Positions 1-9,197 of a stretch of DNA of 32,000 nucleotides are shown here, piece after piece. The translations under genes and the position numbers were made by a program. Position 1 is the first letter of the stretch, and each line of letters opens with the position of its first letter. Below the pieces are notes generated by a model that worked only from the letters and a program-made list of their open reading frames with translations, had not been told where the DNA came from and did no database searches. The stretch lies in contig NZ_AP019769.1 of the NCBI RefSeq assembly GCF_023169545.1, positions 360,001 to 392,000 on the forward strand. Reading direction: 5' to 3'. This DNA is from Nanobdella aerobiophila. Lineage in GTDB: Archaea; Nanobdellota; Nanobdellia; Nanobdellales; Nanobdellaceae.

Positions 1-999
1 CCTTTTATTCAATAATGATAATCCTCTTTCAGATATTTCAGCTAGCATAGAAAAAACATATTCCTGTATAGAATATGATAAATCCTCTATTTTATACTTT
101 TTTATATTATTTTTTATATATGTATATAACCCACCAAATTGTACATCCATACCTTTAACAATATATGGCAGATCTATCAAGTTACTACCTTTTTTCGCAT
201 ATTCTTCTATTCTTGGGCCCGCTGGGAAACCGATATTTATTAATCTACCAACTTTATCTAAAAAATTACCAATACCAATATCTAAAGTTTCTCCTATTAT
301 TCTATACCTATCTCCAGAAAAGGATATCAACATTGTGTTTGCACCAGAAACCAATAGTATTAATGGGTCATTAAAATTATTATATAATTTAACAATTTCC
401 ATATGCGCTATCAGATGATTTACACCTATTTTATCTATCCCAAATCTTTTAGAAAATAAGTTAGCAGAAAAATACCCTTGTAGTAGAGTAGGATATAAAC
501 CAGGACCAGCAGAATAGGATATTAGATTTATACTCCTATCAAATTCATTCAAATTATTTATATAATTATTAAGGAATAGTTCTATATCTTTATCATTTGA
601 TTCTATTCTATTATCTGATATTTTTATGTATATATTATTATTTAATAATAGATATCTATACCGATTCCAAGGTTCTTCATGGAATCTCTCAGATACATAA
701 TCAAAACTACTATTATTTATTATTTTTGTATCTTCAATCTTCCTCTTTATCTCATTTAAAGCATCTACTATAATATACTTATCTTCTATTTTTTTGATAA
801 TAAAACCCGCATTCCATACTGATTTCTTAAATATATTTATAATTTCTTTAGAATGTAATTCAGCTGCTTCAGTAGGGTGAATACCACCTTTTTCTGGTTT
901 AAAAATTATTCTCTCATTAGAATATATCCTACCATTTTGATCTACAATACCAATAGAATACGTATGAGCAGTAGATTCAATACCAAGGGATATTATCAT
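1..999 (-). CDS. kae1: Kae1/TsaD-family tRNA N6-threonylcarbamoyl-adenosine transferase; the 3' end lies beyond the window's left edge
   Basis: Absent from the ORF track because it runs off the edge. My minus-strand translation from the ATG at 999-997 is open down to position 1. It reads MIISLGIESTAHTYSIGIV...SYSAGPG...GVNHLIAHMEI...LLVSGANT...GETLDIGIGNFLDKVGR...GPRIEEYAKKG...LPYIVKGMDVQFGGL, which are the Kae1/TsaD ASKHA-fold motifs. The start overlaps the eS6 stop (ATGA). Confidence 0.85.
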   Translation of the reverse strand, partial: MIISLGIESTAHTYSIGIVDQNGRIYSNERIIFKPEKGGIHPTEAAELHSKEIINIFKKSVWNAGFIIKKIEDKYIIVDALNEIKRKIEDTKIINNSSFDYVSERFHEEPWNRYRYLLLNNNIYIKISDNRIESNDKDIELFLNNYINNLNEFDRSINLISYSAGPGLYPTLLQGYFSANLFSKRFGIDKIGVNHLIAHMEIVKLYNNFNDPLILLVSGANTMLISFSGDRYRIIGETLDIGIGNFLDKVGRLINIGFPAGPRIEEYAKKGSNLIDLPYIVKGMDVQFGGLYTYIKNNIKKYKIEDLSYSIQEYVFSMLAEISERGLSLLNKR

Positions 1000-1388
1000 T
1001 TATTCTCCGTATTATTATTTTTTAATTCCTGAAAAATCTCTTCAAAATTCTTATTACCATATTCCTTTATTACAGTATTTATTTGGACTATTTCAGGTGA
1101 TATTGTATTTCCTCTAACCAATTTTTTTACTCTTATCTTATTATAATTTTTCCAAACATATTTTTTATTCATACCAGATACATAGTCAACCATAGGAGCA
1201 CCTTCATATCCAGAACCGCCTTTAATTTCTAATTTATATCCATCTAAATCAATAATTTCACCATCTATTATATCTCCAATTTTCTTGCCAACTAATGATT
1301 CTTCTTTAACCTCTTTTTGTATACTCTTTCCACTTTTAGGATCAGATACTATTAATTTAAATATCATTTCTTTTCTCTTAGTTGCCAT
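996..1388 (-). CDS. rps6e: 30S ribosomal protein eS6
   Basis: 130 aa. FKLIVSDPKSGKSIQKEV...GKKIGDIIDGEIIDLDGYKLEIKGGSGYEGAPM matches the conserved eS6 N-terminal pattern. Confidence 0.9.
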   Translation of the reverse strand: MATKRKEMIFKLIVSDPKSGKSIQKEVKEESLVGKKIGDIIDGEIIDLDGYKLEIKGGSGYEGAPMVDYVSGMNKKYVWKNYNKIRVKKLVRGNTISPEIVQINTVIKEYGNKNFEEIFQELKNNNTENK

Positions 1389-1461
1389 TCTTATTCTTTC
1401 TATAAAAATATTTTTAACTCTTTACTAAAACTTTTATTTATTTAAATAAATTAAAAAATAT

Positions 1462-1935
1462 ATGAATGAACTATTACATATAGAACAAGATAAGGACTTC
1501 CCGGACAAATTTTATGGAATAATAACCAGCATAAAAGACAATAATAATATAAATTTTTTAGATTATGAAAATAATATATATTCATATATTAATAATAAGA
1601 TGAGGTTTCCATTCTATTTTGGAATAATACCACAGACATATATAGAGGATGGCCCATTATCATTTATATTCTTCTCAGAGAATCAATATTCGATACTTAC
1701 CAAAATAAAATTAGAACCTTCATTTTTTATAAAAGTTCCGACAGGCGAGGCTGTACTAAATATAGTATTTTCTGAGGTAAATTCAAAAATAATAATAAAT
1801 AAAGATAATATAAAAAATATTTTAGAAGAATTCTTTAATGAAGAAATTTCTATAATAAATAATGCAAAAAATATATTAATAAATGCTAATAATGAATATC
1901 ATAGGAAGTATGTAAAGATTATTAAAAAATTATAG
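1462..1935 (+). CDS. Family I inorganic pyrophosphatase-like protein with a degenerate active site (probable pseudoenzyme)
   Basis: 157 aa. RFPFYFGIIPQTYIEDGPLSFIFF (aa 48-71) aligns by eye to the PPase core YP.NYGFIP.T...DGDP.DVLV. Two of the three Asp of the D-x-D-P-x-D signature are missing, as are the downstream acidic cluster residues. It converges on infB with a 6-nt overlap. Confidence 0.5.
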   Translation: MNELLHIEQDKDFPDKFYGIITSIKDNNNINFLDYENNIYSYINNKMRFPFYFGIIPQTYIEDGPLSFIFFSENQYSILTKIKLEPSFFIKVPTGEAVLNIVFSEVNSKIIINKDNIKNILEEFFNEEISIINNAKNILINANNEYHRKYVKIIKKL

Positions 1936-3705
1936 ACCCCAGGATGGATTTTCTTTTCTGAATATATTTGCAATTTCTTTCAGTATATTCTTTTGGTCCT
2001 CGTCCAATATCTCTCTATAATTTTTAAAAGTTCTATAGTCTTTTTCAGTTATATAAGTATATAAAATATCCTTCTCAAATAGATTTCGTCCTACTATAGC
2101 ATCTTCTATCGATATAGCAACCTTATCTTTTTTATACGCATAATCTAAATTTCTTTTTTCTTTCTGTATTGCTAATATCTTTCCAACAATCCTCCCACTC
2201 TGATTCATTAAATATACCTCTTTTACTATCTTTCCTTCTAATACCTCTACACCCACAATAGCAGGATTAGACCTCCTAAATACATTATTCTCTATAACAT
2301 ATATCTTGCCTATTACTGGTAATGATCCCAATATTTTTTCTTTATTAGATTTTATATCTTTTATATAATTATCTATTTTCTCTGCCAGATCATAAATTAT
2401 GTCTGATATTATTATTTTTACATTATTATTCTTTACAATATCTTCGGCATTTTTTGATATTCTAACATTAAATCCTACAATTACTGCATATTCTATATTT
2501 TTTTCCTTCATAGATAATGCTATATCAATATCATTTTTTTCTATATCGCCTATATCCGCTTTTTTTATTGGAATATTCCTTTCTTTTAATAATCTTGTTA
2601 ATACTTCTAAAGATCCCAGTGTATCTGATTTTACAACAATGCCCTCCTTATCTGTATTGAATATTATATCACTAATATCAGCTTTTAATCTATTTTCTAT
2701 ATCTTTTAATTCTTCATCTTTATTAAATACATATATAGTAGATCCTGGTAATGCATCTTCTAGATTATCTGCAACAATTCTTATACCCGCTGCTGCATAT
2801 ACCTCATTTATTTCATTAAATTTATTTTTAGCAAATCTTATATCAGTTAAATTTTGAGGCTTTAATAATGATTTTATTTTTGCATATTTAACACCATTTC
2901 TAGTTAAAAAAGCTATTTTATCACCTTTCTTTATTCTACCATCATATAAAATAATATCTATAACATCCCCAATACCTTTTTCTTCTTTTCTTTCTAATAT
3001 TACACCTATACCACTCCCCTCTACATTTATCTTTAATTTTTCTTCTAAAAATCTTTGAGATAATCCAGAAATTAATAATAATAAATCTGGTATACCCTCG
3101 CCAGTTCTAGCAGATAAGGGTATTATAGCTACCTGTTTCCTAAAATCTTTTATTCTATCATATCTATCTGAATCAAATCCGAATTCATATAGTTTAACAA
3201 CAATATTATATACATATTCGTCCAATTTAGCTTGAACTTTCTGATCTTGTTGTTTTATAGTTTCTATGAATGGTTTTTCATTATTTGGTTTCCATCCATC
3301 TATTCTATCTATTTTATTTAATGCTATTAAAAATGGTATTTTCAAATTCTTACATATTTCTATCGCTTCATAAGTTTGCTTCTGAAAACCTTCCAATATA
3401 TCTACAACGATTATAGCGAAATCAGATACAGAACCTCCTCTCTTTCTTAGATTACTAAATGCTTCATGACCAGGTGTATCAATAAATAATAAAGAAGGTA
3501 TTTTTAATTCGAATTTATATATATTTAATAATGTTTTTGATATATTTTTTATTACTTCTATTGAAACTTCTGTAGCACCTATATGTTGAGTCATTTCACC
3601 TGCTTCTTTATTTATTATCGATGTATTTCTTATCCGATCTAATAGAGATGTTTTTCCAGCATCAACATGACCTAGAACTACAATAATAGGAGACCTTATT
3701 GCCAT
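1930..3705 (-). CDS. infB: Translation initiation factor aIF5B (archaeal IF-2)
   Basis: 591 aa. GTPase G1 motif VLGHVDAGKTSLLD, G3 motif DTPGHEAF, G4 motif NKID. The length and C-terminal beta-barrel domains are typical of aIF5B. There is no intein. Confidence 0.95.
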   Translation of the reverse strand: MAIRSPIIVVLGHVDAGKTSLLDRIRNTSIINKEAGEMTQHIGATEVSIEVIKNISKTLLNIYKFELKIPSLLFIDTPGHEAFSNLRKRGGSVSDFAIIVVDILEGFQKQTYEAIEICKNLKIPFLIALNKIDRIDGWKPNNEKPFIETIKQQDQKVQAKLDEYVYNIVVKLYEFGFDSDRYDRIKDFRKQVAIIPLSARTGEGIPDLLLLISGLSQRFLEEKLKINVEGSGIGVILERKEEKGIGDVIDIILYDGRIKKGDKIAFLTRNGVKYAKIKSLLKPQNLTDIRFAKNKFNEINEVYAAAGIRIVADNLEDALPGSTIYVFNKDEELKDIENRLKADISDIIFNTDKEGIVVKSDTLGSLEVLTRLLKERNIPIKKADIGDIEKNDIDIALSMKEKNIEYAVIVGFNVRISKNAEDIVKNNNVKIIISDIIYDLAEKIDNYIKDIKSNKEKILGSLPVIGKIYVIENNVFRRSNPAIVGVEVLEGKIVKEVYLMNQSGRIVGKILAIQKEKRNLDYAYKKDKVAISIEDAIVGRNLFEKDILYTYITEKDYRTFKNYREILDEDQKNILKEIANIFRKENPSWGL

Positions 3706-3737
3706 AAATATTAATTATCATAAAATTAATTTAAAAA

Positions 3738-4484
3738 TTAAGAATATTTTTTATTTAATTCATAAACACCTATAGCTGATAAAATAACTTCAAAAATTAT
3801 TAATACAATTATATCAATATAAATCGGTATATATGATAAATTAATTAATAAATATCTTAATATATCTATACCATATGTAACAGGATCAATTAATGTAATA
3901 TAATATAATATTTTTGGAACTTCATTTAATGGATAAAATGCACCAGATAAAAACATCAATGGAAATATTAAAAAAGAAGAAATAGCACCAAAAGATTCGA
4001 AAGTATCTAATAATAATCCTACTAATAATCCTATTGATGATATAGTTAAAGATAATAAAAATACAATAGGTACAACTAATAAAAAAGAAATTATTGATAG
4101 TTTTATACCTATTAAAAATGAAAATACTAATATTATAATGCCTTCTATTGCTCCATTTGTTGCACCTCCAAATGCTTTTCCCAAAAATATTGATAATCTA
4201 GAGGCAGGAGAAACTTGAAATAATTTAAATACACCAAATTCTTTATCCCATATTAAAGATATTCCTGATGTAAGACCTATAGTCATTACTGATATACCTA
4301 CAATTCCTGGAAAAAGAAAATATATATAATTTAAACTATTTATTTTTATAAAATTGAATCCATATCCTAATATAAATAATAATAATAGGGGTTGAAATAG
4401 AGAAGAAATAAATCTTTTCTTATCTCTTATAAATTTTGTTATATCTCTTCTCCAGATCCAATATATTTGATCTAGATTTATCAT
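3738..4484 (-). CDS. ABC-2 type transporter permease
   Basis: 248 aa polytopic membrane protein, about 6 hydrophobic spans. Its start overlaps the stop of the upstream ABC ATPase by 4 nt. Confidence 0.8.
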   Translation of the reverse strand: MINLDQIYWIWRRDITKFIRDKKRFISSLFQPLLLLFILGYGFNFIKINSLNYIYFLFPGIVGISVMTIGLTSGISLIWDKEFGVFKLFQVSPASRLSIFLGKAFGGATNGAIEGIIILVFSFLIGIKLSIISFLLVVPIVFLLSLTISSIGLLVGLLLDTFESFGAISSFLIFPLMFLSGAFYPLNEVPKILYYITLIDPVTYGIDILRYLLINLSYIPIYIDIIVLIIFEVILSAIGVYELNKKYS

Positions 4485-5398
4485 CTTAATTCCCTACCTG
4501 TATAATATAAAAATACTTCTGCCAAAGTTGCTTTTCTAATATTAATGGAATCTATATTTATATTATTATTCTTTATATAATTAAATAATTCTATTAAAAA
4601 TTTTTCAGAATCTTTTACAGTAATTATATATTTATTATCTGATCTCCTTATTTCTTTAATATATTCTGAATTTATATCTATATTATTTTTTGTCTCTAAG
4701 ATTACAATATCACCTTCTAATTTCTTTTTTAAATTATCTGGTTCTCCAATAACTTTTATTTCACCTTTATCCATAATTGCAATTCTATCACATAATTCTT
4801 CTGCTTCTTCCATATAATGTGTGGTAATAAAAATAGTAATATTATAATCTTTTACTAATCTTTTAATATAATCCCATAATAAATATCTTATATCAGGATC
4901 TAAACCTGTGGTAGGTTCATCTAGAAATAATATTTTTGGATTAGATAATAAGGCTCTTGCAATTTCAACTTTTCTCTTCATACCTCCTGATAGATATCTT
5001 ACAATTTTATCTTTATAACTATCTAATTCCAAAAATTTTAAAACTTCATTTATTCTTTCTTCTCTTTTATTTTTAGGCATATTATATAAGGAAGCTCCAA
5101 GATATAAATTTTCTTTAACAGTCAATCTGTTATCAGAAGATGAATCCTGAAAAACAATACCTATTGATTTCCTAACCTCTTTTTGATCTTTTATAATATC
5201 ATAATTATTTATAATTGCAGTACCAGAAGTTGGTTTTACTAATGTAGATAATATAGATATTAATGTAGTTTTTCCGGCTCCATTTGGACCTAATAATCCA
5301 AATATTTCTCCTTTTTTAACATTAAAAGATATATTATTTAAAGCATAAAAATTATTATATTTTTTAACAATATTATTAACTTCTATAGCATAATCCAT
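4481..5398 (-). CDS. ABC transporter ATP-binding protein (ABC-2/DrrA-like exporter type)
   Basis: 305 aa. Walker A GPNGAGKTT, Q-loop FQD, signature LSGGMKRKVEIA, Walker B ILFLDEPTTGLD, H-loop TTHYMEEA. Confidence 0.9.
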   Translation of the reverse strand: MDYAIEVNNIVKKYNNFYALNNISFNVKKGEIFGLLGPNGAGKTTLISILSTLVKPTSGTAIINNYDIIKDQKEVRKSIGIVFQDSSSDNRLTVKENLYLGASLYNMPKNKREERINEVLKFLELDSYKDKIVRYLSGGMKRKVEIARALLSNPKILFLDEPTTGLDPDIRYLLWDYIKRLVKDYNITIFITTHYMEEAEELCDRIAIMDKGEIKVIGEPDNLKKKLEGDIVILETKNNIDINSEYIKEIRRSDNKYIITVKDSEKFLIELFNYIKNNNINIDSINIRKATLAEVFLYYTGRELR

Positions 5399-5470
5399 AT
5401 TAAAATATTATTATATTATTTTAAAAAAGTAAAATTTCAAAGATTAAATAATTTGTAAAAATTTAGAACC

Positions 5471-5544
5471 CGGGCCCGGGGGGTTTCGAACCCCCGACCT
5501 TCGGGTTAAAAGCCCGACGCTCTACCATGCTGAGCTACGGACCC
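5471..5544 (-). tRNA. tRNA-Lys (anticodon UUU); no intron, CCA not encoded
   Basis: The reverse complement folds as a cloverleaf: acceptor GGGUCCG/CGGGCCC, anticodon arm UCGGG-CUUUUAA-CCCGA, T arm GGGGG-UUCGAAA-CCCCC, discriminator G. It is a GC-rich island in AT-rich DNA. Confidence 0.9.
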
Positions 5545-5581
5545 ACAACTAATAATTATTATTTATATAGTACATAAACTT

Positions 5582-6361
5582 TTAAGGATGTATCCAAAAG
5601 TTATATAGACCTAAAGAACGTACTTTATTAATTGCCTCTGAATATGATTCTAATGTACCTATATCAAACCAAAAACCCTCATTATAAGTATATGTTAATA
5701 GTTCTTCTTTCTTAAATTTTAAAATCCACTCAAATAGTTTACCTATCGAATCTTTATCCTTATTATTATTTATGTATTCATATAATAAACCCAATTTTTC
5801 TTTTGGTATATAATATATTCCAATGGATATTATGGTAGATATTGGATTCTCTGGTTTTTCATAAAATTCAACTATTTTATTGTTTTCGACCTTTAAAACT
5901 CCAAATCTCTTAGCATCTTCATTATTTTTTATATCATAAGATCCTAAGATGATCTTATCATAACCGACATCTAATAATCTTTTAATATCAAAATTAAATA
6001 AATTGTCACCAAGTACAACCAATAAATCTGAATTGATTTTTTGTTTATCTATTGTATAATGTAGACCTCCTATCGCGCCCAACTTATTTTCCTGAGAATT
6101 CGAAGGTTCTATAGATAGATCTATATTTACATCACCATAAAATGCTTTTAATGTTTTTAACCAATATTTAAAATGATTTTGAAATTTTTCATTTATAGAA
6201 ATAATTATAGAATTTGGATTTAATTCTAATATTTTGTTTAGAGTATAATTTAATATTGGTACTCCCTCTAATGGAAATAAAGGCTTTGGAATATAATCTG
6301 ACAACGGTCTTAGTCTCTTTGCATAACCACCAGCTAAGATAATACAATCTAGATTGTCCAT
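5582..6361 (-). CDS. Sugar-1-phosphate nucleotidyltransferase (NTP-transferase family)
   Basis: 259 aa. The N-terminal ILAGGYAKRLRPLSDYIPKPLFPL matches the G-x-G-x-R-L nucleotide-binding signature of RmlA/GlmU-type enzymes. Confidence 0.8.
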   Translation of the reverse strand: MDNLDCIILAGGYAKRLRPLSDYIPKPLFPLEGVPILNYTLNKILELNPNSIIISINEKFQNHFKYWLKTLKAFYGDVNIDLSIEPSNSQENKLGAIGGLHYTIDKQKINSDLLVVLGDNLFNFDIKRLLDVGYDKIILGSYDIKNNEDAKRFGVLKVENNKIVEFYEKPENPISTIISIGIYYIPKEKLGLLYEYINNNKDKDSIGKLFEWILKFKKEELLTYTYNEGFWFDIGTLESYSEAINKVRSLGLYNFWIHP

Positions 6362-6370
6362 ACAGATTTT

Positions 6371-7054
6371 TTAGCTATATAAATTTATATACTCTATTGA
6401 ATTATTTACATAGCTAAAATAACCTATCGATACTGTATTAGATGATATACCAAAAGATCTCTTAGTACCTATAATTCTATCCCCATTATATAGATCTAAT
6501 AATGATAAATAATTAGATAATATTATACTATTATAAGTTGAACTTATATTTATATTTCCATTTTGATATAGATATAAATCACAAAATAATAATGACCTGT
6601 AATATATACTATATATACTAATATTATAATAATTACTACAATATATACTTCCGTCGGATAAGCTATAATTTATATTATTGTTACTAAAAATAAAAAATGA
6701 TAAGAAGGATGTTATATTGCTATTAGAACTTTCATATATATTTATATAGCTGCCGGCATTATTATAATATATTTCTACACAGTTATTGCAGACATAATAA
6801 TTAGTAGATAAAAATATAACAGAGGGTGTATATGAGTATGAAAATGGTATTCCTGTAATATTATATATTTGATTTTCATTATAATTATTAGAGAAATAAA
6901 ATGAATCTAAATACAAACCCTGAAATTTTGATATATCAGATAAATAATTAGTATAAGAATTTAGTCCACTTATAAAATCAGTAAAAACATATATAAACAG
7001 GTATATAAATATTCCCAAAGTTAGTAATACCTCAATCCAACTTTGAGATTTCAT
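6371..7054 (-). CDS. Secreted N/Y/S-rich protein with a putative class III (type IV pilin-like) signal peptide
   Basis: 227 aa. The N-terminus MKSQSWIEVLLTLGIFIYLFIYVF resembles the MK(G)Q leaders of the three archaellin-type genes in this window. It has many N-x-S/T sequons and a 4-nt overlap with the upstream platform gene. Confidence 0.45.
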   Translation of the reverse strand: MKSQSWIEVLLTLGIFIYLFIYVFTDFISGLNSYTNYLSDISKFQGLYLDSFYFSNNYNENQIYNITGIPFSYSYTPSVIFLSTNYYVCNNCVEIYYNNAGSYINIYESSNSNITSFLSFFIFSNNNINYSLSDGSIYCSNYYNISIYSIYYRSLLFCDLYLYQNGNINISSTYNSIILSNYLSLLDLYNGDRIIGTKRSFGISSNTVSIGYFSYVNNSIEYINLYS

Positions 7055-8316
7055 ATCGTTACATTAATATACTCATCTTTATTATACAATTTACCCTGAT
7101 ATCTCATCTTTGCATCAACTAGATATTCTCCCGACTGATTAAATTCTGTAGAATAAGAATAAAATCCATTATTCAATATAAATACCTGTGTACTCTGATA
7201 ATTTGTATTAATCCCTACAATTGATAATGTTACTGGAACATTATTTAGAGGATTAGAATTAGCAGAGCCATAAATCTGTATAGTTATTGGATTATATATA
7301 TATGCATTTGTAGGATATATATCTAGAGTGAAATTTACTTTAGTAGGTAATATAAATATTATAACGGCAAGTAGCCCAATAAATACATTGATAGCTAAGT
7401 GTTTCATAGAGGTGGAGAACTTTCCTGATTCCGCTATACCTGATGTTATAGAAACAGATATTCCAACTAGTATTATAGATAGCCCTGAAATAAATTTTAA
7501 CCAACCATAATTTATCGAACTGGAGAATAAACTAAAAGAACTCTTGACAGTAGCAGCAATTAGTTGACTATTTATTAAAGGCTGTATGGTATTTAATATT
7601 GATATCATTAATCCTATAAATATCACATATATACTATATAATACCATAACTTGTTGAGAGACATAAGATTTTCTTAATTTATCTAGATCTCTGCTATTTT
7701 CTAAATCAGTATATATTCTTTTTAGAGATTTTGATAGATCTCCACCACCAATATAACTTTCTAATATTACATAATTTGTCCTTCTAATATCTGGTAAATC
7801 ATAAAAATATAAATTAAATAATGTAAAAGCCTTTTCAAATGGTAGGCCCCATTTTAGCCAACTATATAGTTTTCTTACATATCTAGATAAATATCCAAAA
7901 TCTAGATTCGATGTATAATTTAATGCATCTACAATTGACAATCCAGAAGATATACTATCAGATAATTGAGATAGAAAATATGGATAATTGTCTATAATGT
8001 TTTCATTAATCTTATCTTCCATATATTTATAAGCCATATATGGAGCCCCACCTACTAAATATACAACAATAATTAGTATAGATAAAGAGATATAATTTTC
8101 ATATAATCTAAATAGCAATCCAATAGTTAATATTAATAATGATCCTATGGTAGACAAGATCAATATTAACCTACTTTCCTTTATTTCCTTCCCCAGAAAT
8201 TTTATTTTTTTATAATTTTCTGGATCTGAGATATCAGGTATAATACCTAATTTATATAATAAATTAATTGATCTACTGGGCATCTTCCTATTATAATTTA
8301 AATTAATGGTTGGCAT
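7051..8316 (-). CDS. FlaJ/TadC-like platform protein half (single T2SSF domain) fused to a C-terminal Ig-like beta-sandwich domain
   Basis: 421 aa. T2SSF-like cytosolic domain: NYPYFLSQLSDSISSGLSIVDALNYTS...ILESYIGGGDLSKSLKRIYTDLE, flanked by TM spans. The last ~95 aa (about 7054-7340) look like a sequon-bearing beta-sandwich. An alternative ATG lies at 8283 (MPSRSINLLYKLGIIP). Confidence 0.7.
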   Translation of the reverse strand: MPTINLNYNRKMPSRSINLLYKLGIIPDISDPENYKKIKFLGKEIKESRLILILSTIGSLLILTIGLLFRLYENYISLSILIIVVYLVGGAPYMAYKYMEDKINENIIDNYPYFLSQLSDSISSGLSIVDALNYTSNLDFGYLSRYVRKLYSWLKWGLPFEKAFTLFNLYFYDLPDIRRTNYVILESYIGGGDLSKSLKRIYTDLENSRDLDKLRKSYVSQQVMVLYSIYVIFIGLMISILNTIQPLINSQLIAATVKSSFSLFSSSINYGWLKFISGLSIILVGISVSITSGIAESGKFSTSMKHLAINVFIGLLAVIIFILPTKVNFTLDIYPTNAYIYNPITIQIYGSANSNPLNNVPVTLSIVGINTNYQSTQVFILNNGFYSYSTEFNQSGEYLVDAKMRYQGKLYNKDEYINVTI

Positions 8317-8351
8317 TATATTTTTATTTTACAATTTTAATATTTAAATAT

Positions 8352-9197
8352 ATGACTAATATATTATATGAATTTTTTGATGGTATAGAAAAGGATTATT
8401 TAGCATCGGGCATGAATAAAAAATTAGAAAAATATATATCAGACTCTATACAATATTCTATAGTAATTGCTATATTTATTGGAGTATTATCTTTTATCTT
8501 TATATTAATTATATCAATAAAATTAATAAAACATATAATACCTTTTCTATTTATAGCTCCAATATTCTTAGCTATACTATCCTTCGCCGGTCTATTATAT
8601 TTATTCAAGATATATCCAAAATTTTTGAAAAATGAAAGAGAAAGAAAAATAGATAACTCTTTATATTTTGCTGTATTATATATGGCTTCCTTAACATCTT
8701 CTGGTGCAAATCCTAAAGTATTATTTGATTTATTATCAAAATACAAAGATTTTTCAGAGATACAAAAAGAATCTCAAAGAATAATATATTTAGTAGATGA
8801 TATTGGATTATCATTACCTGATGCATTAAAAAATAGAATAGATTACTCCCCATCAAAAAAATGGGCTTCTATATTAGAGGGAATTAGATCTATAATTATA
8901 GAAGGTGGAGATTTAGAATCTTATTTATATCAGCAAGTAGAAAAATTATATGAAGAATATAAAAGAAAGATTATAGAATATTCTGATAACTTACAAATAT
9001 TTTTGGAGATATATATTACCTTAATTGTAGTAGGTATAATATTCTTAATAATATTAACAACACTCATGGGATCTATAGCAAATACAAGTTTTCAGTCTAT
9101 AGAATCATTACAATTGATAAGTGTACTTACTATATTACCAATGGGTACATTAATGTTTATTATATTGATAAAATCTATGAACCCATTTGAGACGTAG
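8352..9197 (+). CDS. FlaJ/TadB-like platform protein half (single T2SSF domain)
   Basis: The ORF-track start at 8310 is a TTG, so I prefer the ATG at 8352 (MTNILYEFFDG). Domain: LYFAVLYMASLTSSGANPKVLFDLL...GLSLPDALKNRIDYSPSKKW...IIIEGGDLESYLYQQVEKL, followed by TM spans. It is the only plus-strand gene in a long minus-strand run. Confidence 0.7.
   Translation: MTNILYEFFDGIEKDYLASGMNKKLEKYISDSIQYSIVIAIFIGVLSFIFILIISIKLIKHIIPFLFIAPIFLAILSFAGLLYLFKIYPKFLKNERERKIDNSLYFAVLYMASLTSSGANPKVLFDLLSKYKDFSEIQKESQRIIYLVDDIGLSLPDALKNRIDYSPSKKWASILEGIRSIIIEGGDLESYLYQQVEKLYEEYKRKIIEYSDNLQIFLEIYITLIVVGIIFLIILTTLMGSIANTSFQSIESLQLISVLTILPMGTLMFIILIKSMNPFET

Noticed and set aside
165-374. 69-aa plus-strand ORF from the track
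   Set aside because: It lies antisense inside the Kae1 coding region. The sequence is low-complexity L/Y-rich with no motif, typical of shadow ORFs in AT-rich DNA.
2399-2857. 152-aa plus-strand ORF from the track
   Set aside because: It is entirely antisense to the well-supported infB gene. It is an S/F/I-rich mirror translation.
8396-8746. 116-aa minus-strand ORF. The short track ORFs at 7328-7510, 10400-10594, 10682-10906, 13454-13660, 14650-14844 and 15007-15210 are similar.
   Set aside because: Each is antisense within a gene that has clear homology-type motifs (platform halves, rpl24e, rps28e, aglB, GT4 transferase). None has motifs of its own.
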